Below are positions 1 to 13,920 of a stretch of DNA of 64,000 nucleotides, piece after piece. Where the stretch lies: positions 53,754,001 through 53,818,000 of the forward strand of contig OZ336871.1 in the NCBI GenBank assembly GCA_965287045.1. Direction: 5' to 3'. How positions within the stretch are numbered: position 1 is the stretch's first letter; each line of letters opens with the position of its first letter. The translations under genes were made by a program, and so were the position numbers. Source of the DNA: Carcharhinus amblyrhynchos. Its lineage: Eukaryota. Below the pieces are notes generated by a model. That model had not been told where the DNA came from, ran no database searches, and worked only from the letters and a program-made list of their open reading frames with translations.

Positions 1-3000
1 TAAGTTCTACAAAGAGAAAGTAAACGAAGAGAGGAGAGAACGATTGGTTTGCTCCAAACCATAGACGATATCCCTTTTTACAAGGTGCCTATAATTAATT
101 CCAACAGTTGTAACTTGCATTTCTAAAACACCTTGCTCGAAATTCGAAGACAGTAACCAAAAGTTTACATTTCCGCCAGCCATATTTAATAATTGAAAAG
201 GCAGTCTGCTATGAATTAGCATCCATTTTATGGCCTAGAATGCATGCTAGATGTAATTTCTTCTGCAATTGATACAGCTATGTTTATTTATTCGTTTATC
301 CTAAAAAAAATCCATATGCAATTTGAAATTATTATAACATACTGTGGGTCGCTTTAGCAGATGTTCAGCATCACCGGCCGCCGGCACTGGGGCTAATAAA
401 TGTGACATCTCGCAATGCTCGCATTTGGGGATTTAACGACTATATATGTATTTTTTTAAAAATCAGAATAGTACACAAAACTCACCGAAAGTTTGTTCAG
501 TCTCAGTGAAAAGTCTCTGATTGGAGAATTGTTATTTAGTATAAAGTCTGGAACGGAAACGAGAAACCATTAATTTCCACTGAATGAAAGGAAAGGCGTC
601 GGAGAGCTGGGTTTAAGTAACTCGACTAATTCTGTGTGGATTATTAACGGGCGGGGTGGTGGGTGGGAACAAGTTAGACGCTCGGCTCAATTGTACACAT
701 ACGATAACATTCCAATAAGTGAAAAAATCATCTCTGAACTATGTTAAGGTTTCTGTGGAATATTGAACGAAATGTGTCAAGCCGAGGATGTATCATTCAA
801 AAGCCTAGTAGATTTTCTGTGCGCCACCCCTAATAAGGCGCTTTATGTATGTATCGTTCTCAAATATGTACGAATCCAATTCTCATTTGCTCTCAAACTT
901 GTAAAAAATGTATTATGTGTGTGTCGTTTAGCCTTGTCAAATTTACACCAGGGCTGGACAATAAAACAAAAAACAACAGTGACGTGTAACCCCAACTGCA
1001 ATTAAATTTTCATGTATTTATTAAAAAAATGCTCGGTGTTTACATTTAACTTTGCGTCGGCCGGGTGGAGTGAGGGGACAGTAGAGGCCGCAGATATATT
1101 TCAAGAATTGAAGTAGAGAAGCCAAATCGAGAGTCCAATGAGGACAAAAAACATCAATTACAACAATTCCACGGGCATGATACATTTGATGCATAATTCT
1201 TCACAAAGTAATGCTATCTTCCGATAAATACATTCGCGTCGAACCGAAAATATGGCAGAAAATAACTTTGCTTATTCGCAATGATTTTTTAATCCCCCCA
1301 CCGTCCCCTCCCCCCAGCCGAATTGGTTTTGGTTTACGCGATTGGTAGAATTACGGTAGGGTACTGATCTGGCTATCAATAATTGCCAATGTGATTTGTC
1401 ATATATAAAAAGAAGTAAAGCATTCGTTAAAGCAGATTGCATTGGCCCGGCTGTCCCAGTCCACCGAAAACATAAATCAAATCGCAACACCCTGACCTTT
1501 CCTGAGCAGGACTCACTGGTGGGTGCAATTTTATATAACATTTGCACCCCCAGCATATCATAACGAGTCTTTCTCCAGCCTTTTATTCATCGCGCATGCA
1601 TCCTTTAAAAACAAAGGCAGTACTGCGTTAGTTTGTATCGCCTTTTAATTTATTTCGTTAAATTCTCCTGGCAATCCGTATTCCAACGCAATGACGGCCT
1701 GCTAACAAAATAATCCTCTCGATTCAGCCTGCTTTGTGCCTTACATTAATCAAATACTACCACGGTGAAGATGAACAAATAGGGACTATTTTTGAGCAAC
1801 AATGATTTTTTTTTAAAATTTAAACCTTAGATGGACTGTCTTTCTCTTCTCTTCCCCCCCCAACCCCCACAACACCACTGCCCGTCAATGATAGAAGCAT
1901 AAAATTTAATACTCCTCCATTAAGTGATATGATTCATTGAGATTTCAACAACACACACTTGGTAACGCGAAACCTAAATAACCTCCGCCTAGAGATACTA
2001 CAATTCACAAACTAGCTAAGTAGATTTCTAAAATGGACGGAGAACCGTTCATTGGAGCGCATTACATAATGAATAAAATGCCAAAAGAAGTAAATGTATA
2101 TTTACCCCCATGTGATACAATAATCATTCCTCTTAAAGTCCATTAGAGCCGGAAATATCGGCGTTAAATTCTATGTGATAAAAATATACTTTTGTTTGTA
2201 CACACTCGGGCAGAGAGCGGCCATTGACAGGATTTCAATATTCAATTGTTCGTGTTTTAAGGACAACACACGCATGTGATCCGAACAGTATTCTACAAAA
2301 TAACTTCTTTCCATTTACCATATGGAGAGAGGATATTATTGGAAATGGATTATATGCCGAAGCAAACAGAAAAAAGGGGAATCTAAGCGTGTTCTGGCAC
2401 AATCTGACACCCGTAAGTCTTTCCACTGACCTTTGCCTTGAACAGCAATAACTCACCATATTAATGAACAATCAACGGAAGCATTTGGAATACCTCAAAA
2501 TAAAATCCATTTCGCTAAACGCAGCATCTCGCCCTGCTCGCATATATTCCTTCATGTGAAATCCAGTGCCCAGAGTGCAATCTCTTTAGAAGAAAATAGC
2601 TGGCTCTTAACAGAAAGTGGAAAAGCGTAATCACAGCCGAAGCCAGCATAGGTCTCCGATCCAAATGCCACAATAATGCGCTGTATTATGTGCTCACGTG
2701 GTCATACGTCAACTTAAATCCTTTTATTTGAATTTGGGTGATAATTAAAGGAGCACCTTTTTCAGGCAAAACCTAACTTTTTACTCAACAAAACCTAAGA
2801 AGTTTCTTAAGCAGAGTTTTGTTGGTGTTGCAGAAGGTTGTTCCGCGATAATTCTTTGCAGGAAATCCACGATACGGTAAGTTGTGTCGCCTGTATCTCA
2901 TAGTGTAAAAGACCTCTATCCGGAGCCTGCAGACTCAACTATTTGGAACGAAGAATAGTTCTTGGCAGCGCACTAAAACCCGGAACGGGAGTTTAAATCG

Positions 3001-4296
3001 ACCTATGAAGAAGGGAGCATTCACATTTTCGACTAAAACAACCAAATAAGCAGGGAAGTCCCACTGTGGTTAGGCTTCCACGCGAGCCTCCCTTTTCAGA
3101 GCGTGCTATTGTACTGGACTTGCTTAACACCCACACGTTACACCATGCTAGTTATTGAAACTAGAAAAGGATTATAATTACCTGACAAAGACAAAGCAGT
3201 GTCCCAGAAAGCCTAGGTGATTTTAGAGAGTGTAGCACAGGGTGAGGAGTGGACTTGACAGCGATGTAATGATTCTGCTTTCTTTTCCTGTAGAATGGTA
3301 AGTCATGTCTGTAGGGACCTTCATGCAAAATGTGTGCTTACACGTTTTCTGCCAATTGAGTGATGCATTGAATTTCTTGCGGAAGAAAGTACAAAATAGA
3401 TTCAAATGTAATATATGTTAATAGTGATGCGGAACCATCGATGAAAATATGGCCATTGTGTATCTTTAGGGAATAGAATTGACATCTCTGCCTTCTTTAT
3501 CAGGTTTACCTTGCTTAGCGCAACACGTATTGAAAGTTTGGGGTAATCAAAAGTATTTAGGAGAAAATATCAAGACACCTGAAATATCAATTTGGCTGAA
3601 GTTGTTAAAACGTAACAGTTCATGTAAGAGATTGAAGATTGATTCTATTCTCAGCACGTATTTTCTGCCATTTAAATATAATTAGAAAACGTGCTTTTTT
3701 CATGTAAATTCTATTTTCAGTATGGTCTCTTTATTCTGTTGCTTTTACTTTATTTTGCCCCGTCCACTTCTACCTTTGCTCCCTTCTATCCATTTTCATC
3801 CTGAATATCTCTGAAAGTTGTTCCATAAACATTCACTGCAAGTTGTTTTACACAATATAGACACGTTTCCTTTCAACACTATTCTTGCTTGTAACCATTA
3901 TTTAGTGTCACAAATGATCGAAAGTTGTTTTAACGCCCAATCCTACAGTTTTAAGCAAGCCTGTATATGCAAAAAGTTTGGGCAGGACAGTTAAGCATGG
4001 TTCTTAATGAACTGAGTTAAATTCTAATCATAACAGCAAATCCAAGTATCAGGGTACAAAACAAGGCCAGTTTATTGGTCTCCCAACCTCAGCAAATTTA
4101 AGAGAGGTTATGCCTTCTACATTTTCACTCTGAACAAAATCCATGCAATGGTCTTACAAAGGCCGTGGTTAAACTTTCACCCAAAGTAAAACATTAATGA
4201 ATAATTGATGAACAGTACCAAGTGAAGTTCGACATATAATGTACGCACATACACACGTAAATATATGCATATACGTTTAAGTATGCACATATTTAA

Positions 4297-4344
4297 AGAT
4301 AGATAGATAGATAGATAGATACATAGATACATAGATACATAGAT
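4297..4344. repeat. (AGAT)n / (ACATAGAT)n microsatellite
   Basis: The tandem array is directly visible. Confidence 0.9.
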
Positions 4345-7300
4345 AAACAGACAAAAATGTACGTCAGGTTTCTTTGAAATTTGCAAGAAACCTTCTGAAA
4401 TTGAATCAGACGAGATCGGCTATTCGGAGACTACAGTTTGAAGATATATTTAGGACACTTATATTGGACAAGTAGAACCCATCAAAGTAAGGAAACAGTT
4501 CTCACAGCTCACAGTTATATCTTGGGGCTAAAATGTTGAAAGTTAAACAGTTCTTCTGTCCTAGCAACTAATGGCCATTTTTGATTTAGAAGTATTATCG
4601 CAATAGCAGCACAAACTTTTAAAAAGTGCAAAGTTGAACTTTAAAATGTTCGAGGAAATAACTATAACCGACGTGTCCATTCTAAAGGTTGAAGAATCTG
4701 GAAAAACAGATAATCGGCTGAGGCGACAAGCAATAGCTTCTCTTGGGCCAGGTTTTGTGCATTAATTGAAAACTGGGCCGGGGATTGTTCTATGGACCAA
4801 TAGATAGAGCTGCAAAGAATCTTACAGCTTACCTGAGATATCAGCCAAATCCAAATCAGCCTCAAAGGACGGATAAAGCCTGCTGCGAAATTGGTAATGT
4901 GCTTTAGAGGGGGAAAGTTCCAACGCACCCTGCAGATTCTACATTTTCCAGATTATCCGGCTGTTTTAAAAATATTGCTCACTGCTTACTTGAGATAGTT
5001 CCTCTTTCTGCAAAGCCTGTTCAGGCCAGAAAAGCAGGAGAAGGAAATTTAATCCTTAACACTGATCCGGCGCCCCGCAAATACTGAACTGGTTGCCTTA
5101 CAGGTTTCTGCAGACGTCTGGGACACTGGTTTTCTGCGAGATCTCAGCATTAAAAAGAGAGAGAGAGAAAAAAGCAGCCCAGCAAACAAGCAGGGTCAAA
5201 TCGAGGGGGGAAAAAAACCTTATGGAATCCGTTCACGTGACTTAAAAATAATTGTTAGCAGAATCTGGATCAAATCTGGTTATTAGGCACATACAATAAA
5301 GTTTCTGTGGTTCATTGTTAGGGTAGTATGCTTGCAAGCTCGCATTGCAGTTAAGCGGTGTTGATTTAGGAAAACAGCTGCCCCAGTGTTGAGGAGAGCT
5401 AAGTCCCATTGCATTGCGAAGGTAAGGATAAAACCGGGCAGCATGGCAGAGAAAGTGGCGTTCGCACGTTAAGCACTAACCACCGCTACACGTTTCATTT
5501 TACTCTTTATTGTTCTTTTAAATGTCCATTGAGACATTACTCTGTAACAAACGTGCAATTATAGATAAGCGATTTTCTCCCGCTGTTTAAGCACGGTTGA
5601 ATATTATTTCGTTGTCTTTGTTCTCCAGAACAAACACATCCTTTAAGTGGAAATGTTAGACTTTGAGGCTGGGAAATAAAGTTAGGAAACAGGAGCTGGT
5701 GCAAGATTTAGGCGGACGCTGACCTGAATAAAATTAGACTGAGTGCTCGGAGCATGAGAAAACGTCCCCAAGAAACGAATGGCTGCAAGGAAACAATTGC
5801 TTTCTTTTAATCTAAATTCTATCAACTTTATACAGAAACTGTCCGAAAAATAAATCAGCCAAGTATCAGTAAAATTCTGTTTGTTTTCATTTTAAGAATG
5901 GCCTTGTACGAAAATCATTTTTGTATGCGGGTGCCATTGACAAACCCATCACAACAAAGCATTAAGACTGAGTAATTTATTGCACTCCTTATTCCATGCA
6001 ATAAAACTGCTCTACTTATCAAACGGCACTTTCAACTAACCAGATAATTTGAGCATTCCTACCAATCCGGAACTTCACAAAGTCGAACAACACTATTTGC
6101 TTGTATTGTCTGCGGGAAAAGTGTTACCTTTAACCAACATATTACTAAACATACTATTTATGGAATGGAGGGAAGATTTGTGTGCCGCTTTGCCCTACAT
6201 GCCTGTGCTTAGTCGATTCTTATTTGTGAATTTGTTTTTCTATATTACAAGATTGTTTTTAAAAATATTATTTTGGGGTGATTTTCAATTGATGTTCTAT
6301 TAACTATATCATGCCCAGAACTTGTATTGAACTGGATTTCTTATGTCGAATAGGTTGAAAATAATGTTTATTTTTAAGCATTGCATTTTGCCTTTGAATA
6401 AAATTACAAACCATATCGGAAAGTCTGTCCATTTAGATATTTACACAGTACAAAAAAATGGGGAAAACGGAACTGGAGAGAAGTTCTTACTTCGATATTC
6501 CTTGTTAGTCTGGTAACAATAAAATAAAGAAATTGGATATATTTTACGTTCACTTGCAACCAAGGGGTTTCAGGTCTCCACTGCATTTTACCGATTACAG
6601 TTTAGTTTCATATGCAAACGGAAATAGAATAGAGATTGCGTGCTATCGCAAGCATTGAGAAAGATTGCTTTGAGGTGACATTTGGATCCCATGAAAAATA
6701 AATAGGTGGCTTTATAAAGCATACTGCCCTTCAAGTATGGTTATGTGAATTTTTATTTTGGCAATATGTATGACAACAAATTAGCAAACAGTACACAATT
6801 ACAGTAAATATTTTTATGATCCTCTCCCTGCCAATGCTGTTGTTCAAATTCATACACAGAGTTGAAAATGAATAAATATGTGTGTTATTTGGTGATGTTA
6901 CAGAAAAAGTTGTTTTTCCTTTAAAAATGATATTTATGATATTCCCTGTTAAATAAATCAAGCTTTGTGTTTCCAGCCTCAGTGAATTCTTAGAGGCTGC
7001 TGTGAACCCGAAACAAAGGAATTACCCTAGGCTTTTGTTCCCTTAAATAACCACCGATCTGACACCCTCAAATGGCTCCATGACTACCTTTTGCAGCCGG
7101 GTAATACATTTCAACGTGGAAGGGAACAGCTCTGCGGAGTGCACGCAACCTCTCAGCTTATAACAGAGTTGGAGAAATAAATTACGTTTTCATTTAGTGT
7201 TCTCTGATTCCGATGAACTGCAAGCACCAAGCCACCTGTTACACGAAAATAAAACCAGTCCACCTGAATTCAGCAGCAAAGCAAAATATTTTACCTTTCA

Positions 7301-8490
7301 AATTCGGGCTCTTAGACCATCTTAATGCCCAATTAGACTATCCTGGAACGAGTCTTGATTCTGGATAGAGACGGCCTAGACCTAAAAGGAGTACATTTAT
7401 TGTCATTAAAAAAAAATAATCGTGAAGCAGTTGCCAAACAGTAACTAATAACGTATTGTTCTGATTTCAGGAGGTGCATCCAATTACAGATGTGTTTCAT
7501 TGGAATGCCGGCCCGGAAGCTGAAGACATTGTATCAGCCGTTATACTATTGCAATTATCTTGTTTTGATTGATCATAGCCAATAGTGAGAATAATAAAAT
7601 GTACTTGACTGGAGTGATGAGACATTTAATTAAGTGATATGTACTTTTACTAATGATCTTTTATTGTAAATATTAGGAGTGCTACTTAATTATGAGTGCA
7701 AACAATGCACGTTTCTGGATCTACTTTCGGCAGGTACCAACATCAAATGCATCTATTAAATAGGAGTAAGATCTTTGCGAAGAACAAATATATTCTTTCA
7801 TGAGGGCAAACTGAGTCCTTACGAGTGCAGAGATTATACCAGCATCACCATGGAAATAAATGAATACAATATTATGAAAATGAGAGATTCACTAATTTGT
7901 CCTAAAACACTACAATAAATACAGGTGTTTCTGTACATTCTTTAGTCTTATATGTTTTTTCCGGCTCATAGTTGCACATTATTTCTATGCCTAAGCCAAA
8001 CAGTAGACAGGCAGAATAAGTGCTTCACTTTGCTCAGAATTACATATGTTAGTGCATTTGTTGGAGCACCATAACTCTGCCACTTATTGTAAATCGCTCA
8101 AATTAATGAATCATAGAGGAATTTAGCTTATGCCTCTTCATTTCCAAACGCTGCTGCCTACAGTTGCCTCTCAGCCCTGCGCATGTAAGAGATGGTGATT
8201 TATTAACGACAGGAAAATTGAACAAAGCAGCACAGCTACACCGTGGTATCCAGGCATACATACTGTGAACTAGAACATCATCATATGTGTTTGTATTTGT
8301 TGCAATTAATCATGAAAAAAATCTAAAATATTACTGACACGCGAGAGACTGACTAAACACCATCACAGACATGCCGTGATTTAAATCTGAATACTAAAGG
8401 GCGCTATTCATCACATTTATGACAGTATTAAGAAATAAAAAGGTAAAAACATAAACAGAATAAAACACTGCTCACAAAGACACTACTCAC

Positions 8491-8664
8491 CACAATTCGT
8501 GCCTGAGTTGTGCCTCTTCCTTTTCCGAGACAAGTCTTCCAATTATAGACTTATTTTTAAGGAAAGTTCATTTTCACATCAGACTGAAACAGATCTAGTG
8601 CGAATACTGACGACTACATATCTATTCCGGACCGGCTGCATTAATTATTTAATGAGTCACGTGA
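8491..8664 (-). other. Candidate HoxA3 upstream non-coding exon / promoter
   Basis: Donor TG|GTGAGT at 8490, acceptor TTTTAATCTCCCCAG| at 8665-8666, and the palindrome AGTCACGTGACT at 8655-8666. Confidence 0.45.
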
Positions 8665-11600
8665 CTGGGGAGATTAAAATTTCAATACATCCACAGAGGA
8701 GACGCGTGACCCTTTATCTTGGAGTGTGGAGTTTTTTTTCCCCTTTTTGCTCCCCTTCTTAGTTGAATCTTTATTGTCCTGGTTTTCTTTTAGTCTTTGG
8801 ATGCTTACTGGTAAGTGATAATGCAAAAATGACTGGCCTGCCTTGATCCCAGATTTGACAGGTCTGCCATTTGTGTCACCTATAGTTCGAACAGCCTCAG
8901 TCCAATATTCTTGGGCATTTCTTCAAGCTGTCTTTATTGTCCGCCTGACAGTTTGATATTGAAGCTTAGTGTTACAGTAACCCGCATATATAACAGTCAC
9001 ATGTAAGACTAACTCTTTCATATATGACTTTACATCCCCCCCAAGGCTGTTAAATTTGACACCAAATCGACCCTCACTAGCCACAGTCGATATTTTATTA
9101 TACCACTCAAATGTGGATTAGATTTTGCATTGTGTCTGGCAAGTGGAAGCCCATAATTACGGTGGTGCATAGATTGGTCTTTTTAAGGGCAATAACGAAT
9201 ATTGCGTTGTAGAAATAGTTGATTAAAATATACACAATGAGTTTTTATGATTGGTGACAATCTCTCACTGCTTTAGATGCGCTTTAAACTCACACTGTCG
9301 TGTTTTGATTTTAATTAAGTCATACATTTTCACATGCGTAAACAAAAGAAATGCTGCATTTTATTAAATTAATTACTTATGAATTTTCAGAATACTGGCC
9401 CCAAAGAGCTATTAGTGCAGATATAGTTCATGGAAAGCAAATTTGTATTTGATAGAAAATATATTGGTTATTCCTCTATTCAATAATCAGAACAATGAAG
9501 ACTCCTTTCTAGGAGAATCATCTCACTGTAACAAGTGAGGGATTAGACCTATTCTTTTAAATTATGACAACTTTTAACTACAAAAATGTTATTAACCAAA
9601 CCATTTAAAATAAGCACTGTTTCTCACAACGCACAAGGGTTGTGTTTTGCAACTTGGGTATAAATTATCATCAAACACTCCTTTCACAAGCACGTCCCAC
9701 ACAGCAAACGACACTGTATGTGCACACACATAATATATATGTACATATATACACAGACCCACACACAGAAATATATAAACTTTGCTCTTTGTATCGCCGC
9801 ATATTTAAATACGATTTTTTAAATAACAAGTTATTTGGGACTTTTTGTAGGTTTTTTTTTATAACAAGCTACATTTTTAACCCCTATCTGCAGGCATAGG
9901 AAATAGTGGAAAGAGCACTGTCCATCTTTTTAAAGGTCAAGGGTTTGAGGGGTCAGACTGCATCGCTAAAAGCGGCTAATCGGTCAGAAAATCTGTCCTC
10001 TTGGTGAACTCGCTCTGGTTGCCCAGCCGTTGACAAACAATGCAACTTTTTATTACAAAAGACCGTTCGATTTACAATAAACCAAAAACATCAAAGAGAA
10101 AGAAAATAAAGATGCAAGCGGGTTTTCATTTGCTAAAGGCGTCTAAAGTTTGGTCATTTGAGGGATAAGTTTTAATAAACTTTTCCTTTTCAAAACTGAC
10201 TTGGAATAAAATAAATTACCTTTTCCCTTTGACTATATGAGCTTATAATTTTCTGTGGTAATAAAAAATGCCAGCAAGCAACTCCAGGATTGTTCCAAGG
10301 GGGGAAAAACATGGTGCTCGTCGAGATGGTCACATTTTATTCAAGAGAATCCAATGTGTCCACACACTTTTCCAAAAGAGCGCCCTTCAGACTTGCTGTT
10401 GAAGTATACAAAGAAGTATTTATTGAATGAGGTGATTAATGATTCCGAGCAAAATCTGGTATTTTCAATCTGTTTAAAATTCCTCTTACAGATAAGCAAG
10501 CACGACTGACTAATGGGGGCGAATTTTCTCATCGTCCGATTCTTTGTCTTTCCAGTCATCCTAAATCGTTATCCAAAACGCATTTACGAATGTCTATGCT
10601 GATCATGCTAGCAGTTGTTGTTTGCTAATTGTAAGAAAAGAACAAAATATTTCTACAGCAGCGAGCAGGGGTTTTTTTTCTTTCAAGGAGCTAAATGTGA
10701 AATTTCAGTATAATCCGTATCGAAAATTCGGACAATAGTATTTGTGCGTAATTTTACATAATGCCAGGCTATTTCAGTTCTAAACAAGTTTTAAGAGGGA
10801 CAGCATACATGTATTTTGCCCATCACTAACGTGATGCGTTCTGTGCCTTGGTAGTGTTTATACCTAGTATATGTACAATTTGAAGAGAAGAAAAGCCGCA
10901 TATTTAAATAAACGAATTTTCATGCTGTGAGCTTTAAATGGTTGCTCGGACATACAGATGTATCAAAATCACTAAGATGTTTATAAAGAAGTGTTGTTTG
11001 CGATACAATGAAGCCTCCAATGTCCACTATTTTTTTCAGAAAGCCTGATGTTTGTGCTGTCTTCAATCAATCAATAACATGGAGCGTACTAAAATTATCA
11101 TCGCCTACAATGCCAGAAGTCACTAGCTACAATTTTATGTTCAATGAAGTAACTATTTAATTGTTTAGCGCCCATTCCCCAAGATTAACAAAATGAAGTC
11201 ACAGCAATATATTTGAATATTTAGTCCTGCAGTTTATATTTTATTGGCCATATATTACAAATAATAAAATAAACAATGATTTTTTTTTATATTTGGAATG
11301 TCGTTACCACGTTAAATAATGTAAAGTACGAGACAGCACAACAGGATGCAAATTAAAAATAATCCCACATGGTTACACTTTATTCCAGGACCGGAATAAT
11401 AGCGTCTAGGGCCACAGAAGGCCGTGTTCGCCACCTTATAGATGACTTATTATTTGATCGCCTCACATTTTACTGCATTATTTACGACTCGGTGACGTAG
11501 AACTTGATGTGGAAAGGCTGTAGAAAGATGAATTGTAGATCCATGCAGTAATTTAACCTCTTTCGCTCAGTTATTCTTCAGAACCACCAGATATTTTGCA

Positions 11601-12607
11601 GTGTGGGGGTCGAGATGGGGATGGGGGTGGGGGGAGCGGTTGATGGGCGGTGGGGGGGAGGAGGTTAAATTGCTTTAGTTTGAAAGTAAGGATGTGAATA
11701 TATTCAAAACCGGTCAATTGAATGCATAACCACGTTTTTGAGTCGAAAAAGTAATTCGCCATGTGTTCGCTAAATCCTGACTGAAGTAAATCGTACACAT
11801 AAGAACTGAGATGGTCCACGAATTAACATTTTATTTAAAGCCCAGGGCTTTCATTTTTACACTGTCGTTTATGTCTTTCGTTTTAGCAACATTTGGCACT
11901 GCACATAGCACACTGAAATATCCACAGAAAAATACACAAATCTTACCAATGATTTGTACGGTTTCGTCACAGTTTGGACTGTACCAAAATTGTTAAATAT
12001 ACAACCACTCGTTTGAAATCTCTGGATAAGATCCTTGCACATTCGTTATACTGATATCAGTAACACGACTATATAGAGGATACAGGTTTAAAATAAAAAC
12101 ACCTTAAATAACGCTGGCGACATAATTTATTTCCTATATATGTAGCATCTGGGACAGTTTATTTGCTCTAAAACCATTTCCACATCCACACATATTGCTG
12201 CCTTTCTCATATTCTAAAACAGATTTATTCTTAAATTCTCACAAATATTCCAACAGACTACACTAGTTGTGATTATGACGCTTACATTTCCTCACAATAT
12301 CTATTATTCAGTGTCCGTTTTTATCTCTTTGAATATCATGGAAGAAGCCACTTTGACAGAACCTAGCATCAGTTCATGTGGAGGTAATGAAGGATACAGA
12401 ATGCACCCAATCAAACAGAAAACACTTTGAAGGTCTGCAGAGAATGGGTTAACACAACATAAATGCTTGCCCTTTTTGGGGTTAACAGCATCTACCCTGG
12501 AAAAAAATTCTCACTGCAAAAAATCCCTCCACATTCAAGTCAGTTATGTGGCAGACACATTTTGGTCCAAACTATGTTGTGGGAGAGGGGTTGGAGAGTC
12601 GAAGCAG

Positions 12608-12933
12608 CTATAGGCTTGATGAATTTGGTGCTGAACCATCTGGCTGTGGGCCCTGGGAGGATACTTGTGTTTGCTGGCTTGTAGAAGATGATGAGCTAGC
12701 AGAACGCATCTTAGTGTTAGGCAGTTTATGATCTTTCTTCCATTTCATCCTTCTGTTCTGAAACCAGATCTTCACCTGGCGTTCAGACAGGCAAAGAGTG
12801 TGTGCAATCTCAATGCGTCGACGCCTGGTTAGGTAACGGTTAAAATGGAACTCCTTCTCCAGCTCTAAGACTTGTTGTCTCGTGTAAGCAGTTCGAGACC
12901 GTTTGGGCTCTCCTCCAGTGTAATTTGGGTTCA
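12608..12933 (-). CDS. HOXA4: HoxA4 exon 2 (homeobox)
   Basis: Encodes [78 protein letters not shown], a paralog-4 homeodomain and tail. Acceptor TGTTCAG| at 12934-12935; the spliced ORF is 247 aa. Confidence 0.96.
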
Positions 12934-13140
12934 CTGAACAAAACAAAAGTAACCAAACATAAATACAGATACAGCCACGAATCTGACAATGGGATTAGAT
13001 GCACGTGAATGAAGGTTCTAAAAGACAAGACTTTTCTCAAAGTGTTCTGACAACGGCGAACAATCTACTGCAATAAAATGGCTCTGGGTATTTAGGTTAG
13101 AAAAGCATCAAAGACACATGGCCAGGAGCAAGATCCAGGG

Positions 13141-13200
13141 CAATGAAATTTATGGGCGCTGTAATTACCGACCTAACAGTTAGGTGATCGTAAATCTCAT
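13141..13200. promoter_or_regulatory. HoxA4 intronic HB-1-type homeodomain/Cdx site cluster
   Basis: Clustered TTTATGG, TAATTA and TCGTAAAT motifs in the intron, as in the conserved paralog-4 intron element. Confidence 0.65.
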
Positions 13201-13281
13201 GAAAGGGCTAGTTACAGAAAGGATTCCGCACATCCGATTTCAATTGAATTTTAATTGTTTCAGTTAGCTTTAGTTACTTAC

Positions 13282-13699
13282 CGGTAGTAACGTGAATTTT
13301 CTTCATCCACGGGTAAACTATGGGCTCTTTGCTGAGAGTACCTTTCTGGGCAGTGGGGGTTTTCGCATTCTGGCTACACAAAGCTGGTGTGGCTATTGGG
13401 ACCACTTCACAAAGCTGATTCTGTCTCGGTATGTGATTTTGGAGGCTAGCCTGCGACTGCACATGACCCCTTTGCGACATGTCTTGGTTGCCAGTGCCTT
13501 GGACATTGTTGAAGCTGTAGGTCGGCTCTGGGTAGTTTGATTGTGGGTATAGTGCCTCATGATGGAATCCAGGGTCCCGCGGCCGCTCGTAGTATTCAGG
13601 AGATTGGCTTGGTATGTAGTTATTTTGAGAATATTCCTCACAAGGTGGAAATTTTGGCTCAACGTAGTTGGAGTTTATCAAAAACGAACTCATGGTCAT
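13282..13699 (-). CDS. HOXA4: HoxA4 exon 1
   Basis: Paralog-4 N-terminus MTMSSFLINSNYVEPKFPPCEEYSQ and hexapeptide VYPWMKK. Donor G|GTAAGT at 13281, phase 1. Confidence 0.96.
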
Positions 13700-13920
13700 T
13701 AATTTCTGAAGTGCAAAATACTAATTTTTCTCGCGTTGTCGTTTTTCTGTTCCATAAAACCCTCCTACTTGCTGTCAAGTGTATAAAGTTAGCTGTTCAT
13801 GTGATGCAAGCAGCCAATGGGGTGAGTGGCTGTGGGCCCCGGATAAGGAAATACACCAATGATGAATGCATGGACTCCAGTCAAAAATTCCATATTATCA
13901 TTCAAAATCTCGTTTCCCCT
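13700..13920 (-). promoter_or_regulatory. HoxA4 proximal promoter and leader
   Basis: Paralog-4 leader motif AAAACGACAACGCGAGAAAAATTAGTATTTTGCAC, with TTTTATGG, a CACATG box and CCAAT boxes. Confidence 0.7.
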
